Source: Camelus ferus (taxonomy: Eukaryota). From it: 64,000 nt of DNA. Shown in pieces: positions 24,129 through 37,627 of the stretch (position 1 is its first letter; each line of letters begins with the position of its first letter). Below the pieces are notes generated by a model. That model searched no databases, had not been told where the DNA came from, and was given only the letters and a program-made list of their open reading frames with translations. Location of the stretch: positions 92,630,001 to 92,694,000 of the forward strand of contig NC_045697.1 of NCBI RefSeq assembly GCF_009834535.1, written 5' to 3'. A program made the translations under genes and the position numbers.

Positions 24129-26574
24129 ACATTTGGTATAAAAAATAGAGACTATAACTCACATAGATTCATGTATGTATGAAATCATTGCAGATTCTCA
24201 GGCTGGTAGGAACAAATTAATTAAAGAAAGAATCTGGAAAAAAATTTAGTGTTGGGAAGAAATGAGAACCATCTCTAATATATTATGGATATACAATTTA
24301 CATATAAAGAAGATAGTAATCAGTGCCAGCATCTTAAAATTGAACATAATGCCTACTATATATACTTTTCTCAAAAAGAAAAATTAGTGTGAGAACTAAG
24401 TTCAGGTAGGAAAAAAAAAAACTCACCAAATAATTATTGTGTGCTCTGTGTGATGAAGCAGTTATACATGAAAAATATTCATATGTAATCAAAATAGAGA
24501 TAAAACAATCTTGATCAGTAGATTTGAGTGGATAGTAGAACGAGCTGCCTTTTGAAACAGAGTGACAGCATAAATTTCTTTTTTCAAACACTTTTAAGGT
24601 TTTCTCTCCTAAATGGAATAGAGAAAAGGAGGAGCAGAGAAAAAGTATATTAATTGATGTTTTCATAGTATTCTTCTAATAAACTGTAATTAGTAAGTAC
24701 AGTGATCTAAAAAAATGAACATAATTATCAGAGTTAAAGAAAGAAGGGATTATCATAGAGAAAGTAAATTATGTATGGAATAAAAATAATAAAGAGAAGG
24801 GGAGTTGCACAAAAATATGTCACATATAGATAATGCATCTTAAGGAGAAAATGGTGAGTGGCTGTCTAATTTGGGGGTGATCAAAAATGTGTAGTAGTAA
24901 CTAATGACTTTGTTTTGTAGCTATTTGGAAACAGAGTTCCTTTCCACTGGTTTGATATTTTCTACTGACTCCAAATGGCCTTACGTATACCACATCATAT
25001 GCATTTTCATGCAGTGAGTAAGACTAAGAGAGCAAACAAAGAAAATCTGTAAATGAAATAGAATGCTGAGTTACAGAAAATTGGGATGGACAGCCTTTTT
25101 TAGTTAAGAGATTATAGAATGTCTCTCCACTCTACATGAAAAGTAAGAAAGATAAGAATGCCATAATCATAAAAAGTCATTCTAGACTTAGTAGTGTGAT
25201 TGAAGGCTGTAGAGCATTTTTGGTTCATCCCTGCTTACATAACTTCTAGATGACCAAGCTTGAGGCTGTAGTGTTCTTGGAACTCTGATTTCTACTGAGG
25301 TAAATTCATTCTATCTATTTTCCTGGAGTATACTGGTCAAAATTATGGCAGACTTTGATGTTATCTCAAAAATACATTTTTTTTTACGTTTTCTGTATGG
25401 TTTGTTCATCCTGTCAAAACCACTATGGTAGGGGGATTGGTTTCCAACAATTTCTCAAATACTGGGATACTTATCCCAGGTATCTGAATTTACACTTGTA
25501 ATTTTGTGGCCATTTCTCACCAAAAAAATGCCTGTAGTAAAGTAACCTATTATCAGATTCCAACTAAATTTTGGTTCCTTGATCACTTTATTTTATATAT
25601 TTAACTTTTACTTAGTTAATGTTCTTGCAACTGCTTTCTTTTTGATAGAATAAATTTAATTCCTTCAACCCAAAAATAGAGCCATTGTGTCAATTGCAGA
25701 AACATCCGATCTTCCTGTATTTTGATTTTTGCCTGCTAATCCCACAAATAATCTAGAGCGGTAGAAAATCTTACTCTCAGTAAGAGTAATAAGGATACTT
25801 GTTTCTGAAGAAAAAAATAACAGTGATTACCTGTGCTGTGTGCTGTCTCTCTTCTGATGATGATTAAATTGTAAGAAAGGAGCTTTCAGTATCTGGCAGT
25901 AGAATCACAATTGACTGAGGAAACTATCAAAGATTTTATCAGAATAAATTACAAGAAGCTGCAACAGTCTAACTTGATTTGGAGAGTAGATGAGTGATAG
26001 AGTATTAACTGAGTAATGGTCTTCCTTGTGCGTATCACACACGGCCCAATATTATTTTAATATTCTTCACAAGTGTCAAGTTCCTTTTTGCTTATTTTTG
26101 AACTTGAGTAAAATGTATTCTAAGGTTTTGAAAACTGTTAAGAGTTTGTCATTGTGAGTTTTTAAAGAACATCTTCAGTTCTAATGAGAACTGTTTAATT
26201 CATTGTGGCTTTAATGCTATCTTGTTTCCTGTATAATTCTTCACTTGAATTTTGACTCTAAGCTTCAAGGGCAAACAATTTATTGAAATATAACAAAGGT
26301 GCAATTTAAAACATCAGTAATATCATATGCACTAAATTCTGATGTTTCTGCTAAATCTTATCCATTTTCAAGATCTTGAACTGTTACTGCTTTGTTTCCA
26401 TTCATGTGATAGAAATCAAATCCATTTATATCTTTATTTTCTTTCTGAAGTACACTTTTTGATGATCAAAAGCTTCCATCTGTATAAATTTTAACAACTT
26501 AGTCAACTCAGTTAAAATGTGTAGTTTCTTCTGTTGTATACCTGTTGGAATAGTAAAACTTCAATTGTGTGGTG

Positions 26575-26622
26575 GAGGGGAGAAAGAAAGAGAGAGAGAG
26601 AGGGAGAGAAAGAGAGAGAGAG
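26575..26622. repeat. (AG)n imperfect microsatellite
   Basis: Purine tract. Confidence 0.85.
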
Positions 26623-27064
26623 ACATCCTCACATTCAGCTCCTAGTTTGTAAAATTCTCTGCAGTGGGTTAAAGTTCATAAGTTTTTCACCTGAGAAACC
26701 TGATGAATTTGAAGATTAATTGGACAAAAGAGTTATTCTAAGTGCTCTAGAGGGATGTGGTTTTTGGAAACAACATTATTTCAGTCGGACTACAATATTC
26801 ATGTTTCCATCTAGGTCATTTGAAGAGAATAAAGTCCCAAAAGAAAATACTATGGAAATTGCTAATTATAATTTCCTGTATTTGGCAATATAGACTTCAG
26901 ATACTTCAACTTATGGCTTCCTCCTGGCCTCTGCATCCTTAGATATATCACTGCTTTGATTGACAGACTACCATTATCTTAATGTTGGATTATCCAAAAT
27001 CCTATGCAGTTGCATCACTGCTAATCTAATGCTGGTTAGTAGAAAATGCTCATTTCAAAAAAAA

Positions 27065-27350
27065 ACATTCAGGAACCCATTGTCCTTCCATTAGAGCTCT
27101 GCCGTCTTCTATGACATGATCCTTTCCTACATTTAACAAAAGATGCAGAAAATATAGTACATGAGTCTCTGGTAGGTTTCTGTTGGCTAAGTCTGAAATT
27201 GGTATATATTACTTCTGCTGACATTTCATTTGCAAAATTTGGTAACATGACCTCACAAACTGCAAGAATAATTGGGAAATGCACGTTGGCTGTATGTCCA
27301 GGTAGAGAAGGAAACCAATTATAGTAAATAACATAGTAATCTCTGGCTCA
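27065..27350. mobile_element. MLT1J-like LTR fragment
   Basis: 'acttctgctgacatttcatttgc...catgacctcacaaactgcaag...gggaaatg'. Confidence 0.6.
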
Positions 27351-27956
27351 TGGTTGACTTAAAATCTCATAAACTTTACCATCTCTGAGTTTAAGTCCTA
27401 ATAAACCCTGCATGTAATTAGATTCAGTCACAGAGGTATTGATTAATAGAAGATATAAATCTTTCACATACTGTATCAGGAAGAGACAATTGTAACTACT
27501 TTTAAAGGAAGATCACACTATAAAATAATATCCCATACTTGTGCTAAATTTTATTTTGGGCATTTTCTAGAATTTTCATCTTTCTTCAACATTTGTCGTA
27601 TGAAGCTCATAGTGTTTATTTGCTTCTTCCACTTCCTGTAAAGTCTCTTCTAGGTGTCATGTCATCTGTTTGTGTGTAATAGTTTAACTCTCCTTTAGCC
27701 CTTAACTTAGGTTTACGTGCCCCATTTCAGCTGGAAATGGGGGAAGTTTTGCATTTTTCTACTCCCCTTGACATCTTATGCGTGATAACTTTGTCCTTTT
27801 AAGAGTAATCTCTGTCTTTTCTATTTCCTTCTGTTTCCCCTGCCAGTAAACATTAATTTCTTACATTTGAGTATCCATTTCTTTCATTGGTTTTGAGAGT
27901 TATAAGTTTTGTTATTAAAAAAAAAAACTTGACTACCCTCATATAGTTATGAAGAG

Positions 27957-27990
27957 CACACACACACACACACTCACACACACACACACA
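27957..27990. repeat. (CA)n microsatellite
   Basis: CA array with one interruption. Confidence 0.95.
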
Positions 27991-30377
27991 GCTGAATGAC
28001 ATAAAAATTTGGGGATCCAATATTAGATTTATTGCCTCTGCAATTTTTGCAATACCTTCAGGACATTAATTCTACATTTAAATTTTTCTCAGCCTTGAAC
28101 TATTGGTCTATTTTTGCTTTATTTTGACCATATTTTAGCATACAAAGTTATTTTTCAGTGAAGGCATCATTTAAGAGTACATTAATTTCTTTTCTTTAGG
28201 AAAAAGGTATGCTCAAGCTTCATCTTTTTTAAAGGATGAACCTAATAATTTCTAAAAAAAAAAAAAATACTTCCAAATGACTTTCCTTTCTAAGATACAT
28301 TGAAAATCACTGCCAAATAGTTCATGAAGATATTTGGGTCAATATTGACAAATACACTTACTTATAGATGTTTTGAAGAAAGAAATGACTTCTTCAGGAA
28401 GATCTTTGATGTCCACAGTAATTAATCCTGAAGGAGTGAACAAGTGATCTTTAGGTATAACAGACTTTAAAACGCATCAAATTCCCCCTAGATATATACA
28501 AACCACTTCATTTAGTATCCTGCTTCTGAAAGAACCCCTTCTTTCAAAACTAGCAAAATGTGTGAACCTCCTGACATCATCCCCAACTGCTTGTGGTATT
28601 CTATAAACAATGTGACTGTTGTCCCAGTTAAGGTGTGAAACTGTCACTGTCCAAATAGTTGCTTTTGGAAATGCTCCCTGCTTCGGAGTTTCCAGTAGTT
28701 GAACATTGAAGGAAAATTGTTATTCATTTCTCTTCCTGATAAATTGTCATAGCTGATTTAGGACAGTCTGTACCACTTTCCACTTAATGATTAATTAATA
28801 ACAGGATAGTGAAACCAGGTGCACTTAGGTGGGCACACAAAGACATACATACTCTATACTTTTCACCTGAAATATATCCGTGTGACATATGACATTGAGT
28901 ACCTCTTAGTAACAAATAACCCTTAGAACCCTGAAAGCTCTTTCCAGGTGAAATCCTAGATGTGTTCATAATCAGAAATCCTTTGTGGGATGAAGGAAAG
29001 CAGAGTCTTAGTAAAAGGGAATGGGGCAGTAAAGGGAAGACGGATCTCAAGTCAGAGACCTGACTGTTTCAACACCATAACGCTGACTAGTTTGACTACA
29101 GAAAATCATTGCCATGAAGTTTACTGATACCTAGAACTGGAAAACTAGCTAACACTAATGATAAACAAAGTTACTGAGGTTCAAAGAGGTTAACCATTTT
29201 TCCCAAAGTCTTACTCTTAATCATTTGTAGAGAAGGAATTAGAATTCAGGTCTTCTTATTTCTAGTTAATTGTTCTTTCCAAGATATCATACTATGGGTG
29301 TTATGAAGCTTAATTGTGCATGAGATAATATAGTTCTGTAAATGACATTTAGAGTCGACTTCAACTCTATGACTTTTATAATATCTGACAATCATGTTTT
29401 AATACTGTCATTGTCAAATGATTGCTTTGGTACAAAGCATAGACTAAAGCTGAATAAATGCCATTCTGTAATTCTACATAAGCTATAAGGTATTATTATA
29501 TTAATAAAATATCTAATAAATTATACATGCTTTTTGTCATAAAAAAGCATAGCAGGAAAAACTCATAAGCCCATCCTCTAGAAACCCTTTAAATATTGAC
29601 TTGAATGATAAGCATCATCCTGTCAACAGAACGGAGTTCTATGAGATAGACACTGTGACATCCTGTAAACAAACTCTGTCATACAACTCTGTTTGAATTT
29701 TTGAAGCATTTGAAGTATTTTAACTGATAATTTTCCACCATGGTGAAAAATTATCAGAATGCAATCTGGCACAATTACTGGCAGGAGATAATCCAAGAAT
29801 CGAAACTTCAGCATTTCATTTAATGTGAAAATACAGTGTTAAGAATCGCATTGAGTATTTTAATCCCATGTCACACTAGAAATATTGTTTAAGCTCTGTG
29901 ATTCCTCTTTGACTGCCATTTGCCTCACAGCAGAGGCAAAATTGCAGTGATCTATTAATAACTTGAAGAGACTTAGAAATACTTTGTATTATTAAATTGC
30001 GTAAATGGAGTAATGATCTTAAAAACATTGGTGATCATAATTCATTATATCATTACCATAGCAATAGTTTAGTTACATACCAAGTTAGATTGTGTTTATA
30101 GTTTCACTTTGAAAAGTTATTGGTCAAGAAATCATCAAACAGAGCATTAACTTATATTTTGTCATTTGAAAAAATACACACTCATTTAAACTGTGCAAGT
30201 TGCAGTATGAAAAAGCACATTGTACATAATACTGTTATAGATCAATAGCTGCACCTAGGTGGCTGAAGCATATATACTCAAACAGTAACAAAAACTATAC
30301 AACAGAACACCCATAACAAAAACCACATTTGAAATCCTTACAAAGCACATGTTGGGAAGATAAAGAGAACTGAGTAT

Positions 30378-30792
30378 TATTCTGGGTTAAACTGTATCCC
30401 TCCAAAATTTATACGTTGAGGCACTAACCCCCTAGTGTGACTATATTTGGATATAGGGTCTTTAAGGAGGTAATTAAAGATAAATGAGATCGTACTGGTG
30501 AGGACCTGATAAGACTCTGTTTTTATAGGAAGAGAAATAGACACCAGAGCACATTCTTTCTCTCTCTCTCTCTCTCCCTTTCTCTCTCTCTATCTCCCTG
30601 CAAATACACAGAGGAATGGCCATATGAGGACACAGCAGAAGATAACTATTTGCAAGCCAAGAAGAGAGAACTCAATAGAAGTTTCTGGCACCTTGATCAT
30701 GGACTTCCAGCCTCCACTCTTGGGAGAAAATTAATTTCTGTTGTTTAAGCCACTCAGTCTGTAGTATTATGTGGCCCAAGCAGATTAATACA
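30378..30792 (+). mobile_element. MLT1A/B-like solo LTR
   Basis: 'tgggttaaactgtatccctccaaaattta...ggacttccagcctcc...aatttctgttgtttaagccactcagtctgtagtatt...taataca'. Confidence 0.88.
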
Positions 30793-30874
30793 CATATATG
30801 TATGAGAAAAACTATCTAAATGCTCATCATTCTTATATAACAAAAAAAAAAATCTGTTCATAAGATTTACAATA

Positions 30875-32957
30875 ATTCCTAGCCACAGCAATCCATCAAG
30901 AAAAGTAAATAAAAGGGATCCAAATTGGAAGGGAGCAGGTAAAACTGTCACTATATGCAGATGATATGATACTATATATAGAAAACTCTAAAGACTCCAC
31001 ACAAAAACTACTAAAACTGATAAATGAAGTCAGCAATGTAGCAGTATACAAGAATAACATACAAAATCTATTGCATGTCTTTACACTAGCAATGAAATAT
31101 CAGAAAAGGAAAGTAAAAAACAACAACAACAACAACAAATCCCTTTTAAAATTGCATCAAAAATAAATAAAATACTTAGAAAGAAACCTAACCAAGGAGT
31201 ATAAGACTTACACGCTGAGAACTATAAAATATTAATAAAGAACATTGAAGATGATTTAAAGAAATGTTAAGATATCCCATGCTCTTGGATTGGAAGAATT
31301 AATACTGTTAAAATGGCCATACTACCCAAAGCAATCTACAGATTTAATGCAAGCTCTATGAAGTTATCCAGGACATTTTTCACAGAACTAGAACAAATAA
31401 TGCTAAAATTTATGTGGGATCACAAAAGACTCAGAATTGCCAAAGCAATACTGAGGAAAAAGAACAAAGTTGGAGGCATAACCCTCCCAGATTTCAGACA
31501 ATACTGCAAAGCTACAGTAATCAAAATAGTGTGGTATTGGCACAAAAACAGACATGGATCAATAGAACAGGATAGAGAGCCCGGAAATAAACTCACACAT
31601 CTATTGTCAATTAATCTTCAACGACGGAGGCAAGAATATACAATGGAGAAAAGACAGTCTCAGGCATGTGGTGTTGGGATAACTGGACAGTCACATGTAA
31701 ATCGGTGAAGCTAGAACACTCCATCACACCATACACAAGATAAACTCAAAATGGCTTAAAGACTTAAACATAAGACAAGATACCATATGTCTCCTAGAAG
31801 AGAACATAGGCATAACATTTTGTGACATAAATCGTAGCAATGTTTTCCTAGGTCAGTCTCCCAAGGCAATATAAATAAAAGCAAAAATACAGAAATAGGA
31901 CCTAATTAAATGTATATGCCCTTGCATAGCAAAGGAAACCATAAACAAAATGAAAAGACCACCTATGGCCTGGGAGAAAATATTTGTAAATGATGCTACT
32001 GACAAAAGCTTAATTTCCAGACTATATGAACAGCTCATACAACTCAGTAATAAAAAAACAAACAGCCCAACCAAACAATGGGCAGAAGACCTAAACAGAC
32101 GTTTCTCCAATGAAGGCATACAAATGGCCAATAGGCATGTGAAAAGATGCTCAACATTGCCAATTATCAGAGAAATATAAATCAAAAGTACAATGAGGTA
32201 CCTCACACTGATTAGAAAGGCCAACATTAAAAAGTCCACAAACTATAATGCTGGAGAAGTTGCGGGGAAAGGAGAACTTCTACACTGTTGGTGGTAATGT
32301 AAATTGGTGCAGCCATTATGGAAAACAGTATGGAGACTCCTCAAAAAATAAAAACTAGAGTTACCATAATTCCACTCTTGGGCATATACCTGGAGAAAAT
32401 TCTAATCCAAAAAGACACATGCACCCTAGTGCTCATAGAAGCACTATTTAGAACAGCCAAGACATGGAAGCAACCTAAATGTCCATCAACAGACAAGTGG
32501 ATAAAGATGTGGTTAGTATATATGTTGGAATACTACTCAACTATAAAAGAAAATGAAATACTGCCAGTTGCAGAAACAAGGATGGACCTAGAGATTGTTA
32601 TACTAAGTGAACTAAGTCAAAGACGAACATCACGTGGTATCGCTTATATGTGGAATCAAAAAAAATGAGACAAATGAACTTATTTACAAAACAGAAACAG
32701 ACTCATAGACATAGAAAACAAACATGTCACCAAATCAGAAAGGGCAGGAAGAGATACATTAGGAGCTTGAGATTAGCATATACAAACTACTGCATATAAA
32801 ATAGATAGACAACAAGTTTTACTCTATAGCACAGGAAACTGTTCAATATCTCATAACTCATGAAGAGGAATAGATATAGATATAGATAGATAGGTATAGA
32901 TACAGATATAGATATATCTGAACCACTTTGCTGTACACCACAAACTAACATAATATC
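30875..32957 (+). mobile_element. 5'-truncated L1 (ORF2 RT/C-terminus plus 3'UTR), disrupted
   Basis: [11 protein letters not shown] near 30953; ORF track peptides at 31313, 31950 and 32318 are ORF2; the 3'UTR contains a (TAGATA)n tract. Confidence 0.93.
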
Positions 32958-35900
32958 CACAAATAAGGTCAGGCCAGTATATATATGTATGTGTGTGTAT
33001 ATATATGTATATATATAAAATATTTTGAAGATTTAAGAAAAAATAATTTTCCAGTTGAGAATGCCTGTAATATGGTGCACAAATCATTGACAGTGGATCC
33101 TTTTTGAGTATCACTTATGTCACTAAGCAAGAATAACAAGTAATTATTGTAAATCGGATGTATAAAAATGGGAGTATTGATATACAATGTGGAATTTGAT
33201 CCTGTTATCTTACCAACAGTTGCTTATATATGTTTTTTGACTATCAGTCTCTAATAGGGCAGCTCTATTCATTAATTATTTCTGCAATTTGTTAAAGTAC
33301 AATCTACACTAATTTAATAAAGGTTAATGGTCTCTTTTTGATTAACTGAAAAAACATTAAATTACAATAACTAATCAAAAACTTTAGTATATTGCATAAT
33401 CATGTTGTATTACTCAAATACTTTTATATAGTGTCATACAGCTATATAAAAATATTAGAAAATATGATAGAAATTAATGAAGAAATTATCATGCATGCAG
33501 GGAGAAAAGCAGAAAATGTGTATTTATCATCTCTACAGCTTAGGTCAAAATGAATTCATAAAAACATGTGACAAAGTAAATTATATCCATAATAGTTCCT
33601 ATATATATATATATATATTTATAAATTACATAAATGTATATTTGACTCTTATGAGAAGTTAAAATAAATTTTTTGTTCATTAAAAAACTAGTTATAGTTC
33701 AAAGGCCATTCATGACAAATATGATTACCTGGCAATTTTATTAATTATTTAATTTTGACATCCATCTAGATTGTAAATCTTTTCCAGATACCATGTTTTA
33801 AGTTTAACCAAATGTGCAATTAAATAAGACTAGTCATAAAATCTTTTCTTGTCTGTGTTATCAAAATGTATTTTATAAGAGACAGACAATTATGTTTTTT
33901 ATAAGATATAGAAAATTGTAAAACAAATCTCATTCAGGAAAAATAATTCCTGTTTCAAAAATAGTAGTTAGTATTACAGAAAGGATTATAAAAAGAGAAA
34001 TTAAGACTTTAATCATATTTGAAATTAGAAAAATTAGATTGCAAATAGGATATTAAATAGAATTAGGAAAATTAGTGCCAGAAGTATTAAGATTAATTTC
34101 TCTCTCCTCCTATCTCTTTCTCTCTCTCTCTAGCTATCTTTCTACCTTTCTTCAAATACATACCATCTGACTATCTGTAAACACAATATTGAACATAAAA
34201 TGGTGCATGATATTTTCATTAACTTATATGGTCTTTTGTTTTAGATTTGTTTATATTGGTCCAGTCGCTGATTGTATAAAAATAATTTAATGAGAGTCAG
34301 GTAGTTTTTCAGATTATATAATCCATTTATTTTAAATTTTTTCAGCAGATATGTTAAACCAATGCCATATGGCAAACAGAGTATAATTTTGAGGACAGAG
34401 AACAAAACAGACATGTACTTATCTTTCATGTAGCTTTCTTCCTAATAAGAGGGCTGACACTAATCGAGTTATCTATGGGTTAATGTATTATTTAAAATTG
34501 AAATAAATGTAACGAAGGAAAATTACAACTACTGACATCTAACCATTGCAAAGCACAACATATAGCCAATTTACTTTTTCTGAAAAATTATAAAATATTT
34601 TATTTGATTTATTTAAAATGCATTTGTTGTAGTGACTGATAAAGTTTTAATCTCTACTAACTTCATTATTTAAAGCAATACATGAAGACTTTTTAAAAAA
34701 TTTTTTTGATTAATTACTTTTTAAGAACATTAATAGCCTGAAAGTGTTCATACAATTTCCAATTATGCCTGCATTACCATTTAGGGAGAGTTATAGGTGG
34801 ATCTTAATAAATTAAAATAGAGTTGCAAGCATATATATGAGGTCTTACAATACTGATCTTTCATATTAGTTTACTGTAACAGTACATTCAATCTTTACTG
34901 AGAATTTTTAATTCAACTTTAACCGTGTTTAAAATGTTCATGTGGCTTCATTATTTTATTAAAAAAGAAAATATATAAGATTAATGTCCTGGAAAATTTA
35001 TCTTCTATTGACACCACAGTTATTGATAAGCCAATTAACAGTAAAGAAAGCATAAATTATACTACATAATCATTTTATAAGCAACAATTAAAGATGATAT
35101 TTGTATTTTAAAAACTCACAGAAACTCAGCTATGTAACTATTGTTAGATGAGTGGTTCTGAGTAACATTTTTGTTGATTAATCAATATAATTTAAATAAA
35201 AGTGAATTTACCTTTATTCTCAGCTTTTAATACAAAGAACGATCTACATATCTAGTTAAAATAGAACAATAATAGTCCTTGCAATCTTAATGAAAATTTC
35301 ATGTCATTTTGAAAAAGCTTTGGTAAGTGTGCTCACTATTCGCTGAATTTTTCTGGTTAATGAGAATGTGAGTTAACTACAGTAACTGCTTATTTCAACC
35401 CAGATTTCACACTAGAAATAAGAAGAGACATTTGCCTTCTAGGTACTTACAATTTCATTAGAAGTGATGGATTTTTTTTGTAGTATAGAGATTCTTAGGC
35501 AATGAAAAATACTGATTGCTTCTCCTTTCTAATATAGCAATAGTTCATGTCTTGGAACTAGTTCTATTGTCAAAGTGAATAATATGTTAATATGTTTAGG
35601 TATGGCCTTATTCTTCCTGATAGAAAAATGGAATGACTTTTGACATTAAGGGAGTGTGTTATCAGTCACTTGAGTAGTACTGATGCCAAATATTTCTGAT
35701 GATGCTTTTGAGCTTCAGGTAAGATTCTGAAAGAGAAAATGAGAGGCTAAAATGTGTGCATTATATCTCTCTTTGGGTGGTTTGTGTAAGCCAAGAATCA
35801 TATATTCCAACAAAGCAGGAGGGCTTGTTGGAAAATGGGCCTTATCAGAAACTAGATTTGAAATTATATTGTTTTTGCAGGACTGCTTTCTAAGCATTTG

Positions 35901-37013
35901 TGTTAGAATTCTAGAAATTCTTTTGATGTAATAAGCGAGCTTTTGGTCCCTTTGCCTTCATTAACTGTATTCTCTAGGCAGCATCAAAACCACCAAATAG
36001 ATTCTTGCCCAATCAAAAGCACAGTTCTAAGTACAATTGTGCCCATTAAGAAATTGATACATTAAAATAGTGCTTCAGTATTTATGAAGCCTATAATATC
36101 TGTCTATACAATCATTTGTTAAAGATTTGGAGAACTTGCTTGGTGTCCTATCCATGGATGGATTTAGGGAATTATTGAAAGATAAGGTCCTTCCTTTCAG
36201 ATTGGTCTCATTGCAATTGGGGAGGTGAAAATAAACAGTTAACATATAGACAATTTCTAAATACCAAATAATCCAATCAGATTTCCTGCTTTAAGAAAAA
36301 TAAACATCAAGACAAGAAAGATAGAGGTCAGAGACAAAGGACTGCTAGATTTTGTGAATACTCTAATGATAGAAAGAAAAGAAAAGCTGTAGACTCTAGG
36401 TAGCTTTATAGCACCAAAGCCTGTCAGCTGGCTTGGTACAAAACACCTCATGCAAAATTAACTCAGTGAGAACAGCATTGGTAGCACCATTGGTTCAGAT
36501 AATGAAAATTATACTAGCTAGTTAATAAATGTGCCTATGTTTCCCTTGCTATTAAGCAAGATTAGATAAATAAATGTAGAAAAACAAACACCCTCCAATA
36601 ATTACATGATAAGTAAGAGATGTCTGAATGTACAGAAAACATTAAGGGAACTTGATAAAAACATACAAAACATTGGAATCAGTAAAAGCAGTAGTTTTCA
36701 AGTATGCAATGGAAAATGAACTTCCATAGGATATTAATAGAATGAAGATTGTACACGTCATTCTCACAGTTTACAGTTTTTGAAATGTTAAAACATGCAC
36801 ATGGCAACAAAATAAAGCTGGGAAGTTTGTACATAAATATTCACTATAACTGCATTTAAAATGTTATTATCATAGCAAAAAGACTATTGGGTCAAAGCTG
36901 TTGACAATGGAAAATTAAGAAAATAAATGTAATCTGGTAACTAAAACTTCTATTTGAGTAATTATCTTGACATTCTTCATTAATATGAAACAATGTTTTT
37001 CTTAAGAAACTGA

Positions 37014-37208
37014 GAGGACGCTCAGCCACCCTCCCCCTGGATGGGACCTGGTTCTTGTCTCGCTCTGCTCCCTGCCCCCTGGATGCGCAATGCCTAGTGA
37101 CCCGCAGGATGTGAATTAAGGAGATGGGAAGGTGTGAGCCGCAAACCCAGAGGAGGGTGAGAAAGAGGAGGCGGCTCTGGGATGTTTAAAAAAACTTTAA
37201 AAAAAGAA
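37014..37208 (+). other. Short GC-rich retro-insert of unknown source (candidate truncated retrocopy)
   Basis: Abrupt GC/CpG-rich block, A-rich tail, flanks aagaaactga (37004-37013) and aagaaaatga (37209-37218). Confidence 0.6.
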
Positions 37209-37224
37209 AAGAAAATGACTTTTC

Positions 37225-37627
37225 TAATAGAGGACTGCAGAGCTGAGACTGACAGAGGAATCTGCACACAAAAGTAGTGCAGGGAAGTGATTATGCCTGT
37301 AAGAGAGTGAAGAAAGCAGAATTACACAGAGAGAGAAACTTGAACTGTGATGCAGTTGCAATAGGGGCTTCAGTTGAATTCACAAGGACTTCTCAGGCTA
37401 GAATGGCTGTTAGGAGTCATTTCAAATTGAAACAACAGAGCTGGGTATATGTAAACCTTCACTGGTTGATCTATAGATACAGGAAACCGCTACATTCAGC
37501 TGAGGGTATTTTCCAGGGAGAGACACTGCTGTGAGCAGTCAGCAATCAACATTCCTAGAAGCCAGGGGGACGAGTGCTACTGGGGGGGGGGGGGGGGGAT
37601 TTGAGTGGTGCACTACAATATCCATCA
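37225..37627 (-). mobile_element. LTR16-like ERVL 3' LTR
   Basis: 'tgatgcagttgcaataggggcttcag' and terminal 'gggatttgagtggtgcactacaatatccatca' resemble reverse LTR16; a PPT-like sequence is adjacent. Confidence 0.7.

Noticed and set aside
35538..35718. Possible plus-strand exon ending CAG|GTAAGA
   Set aside because: Mediocre acceptor, stop-rich, no other support.
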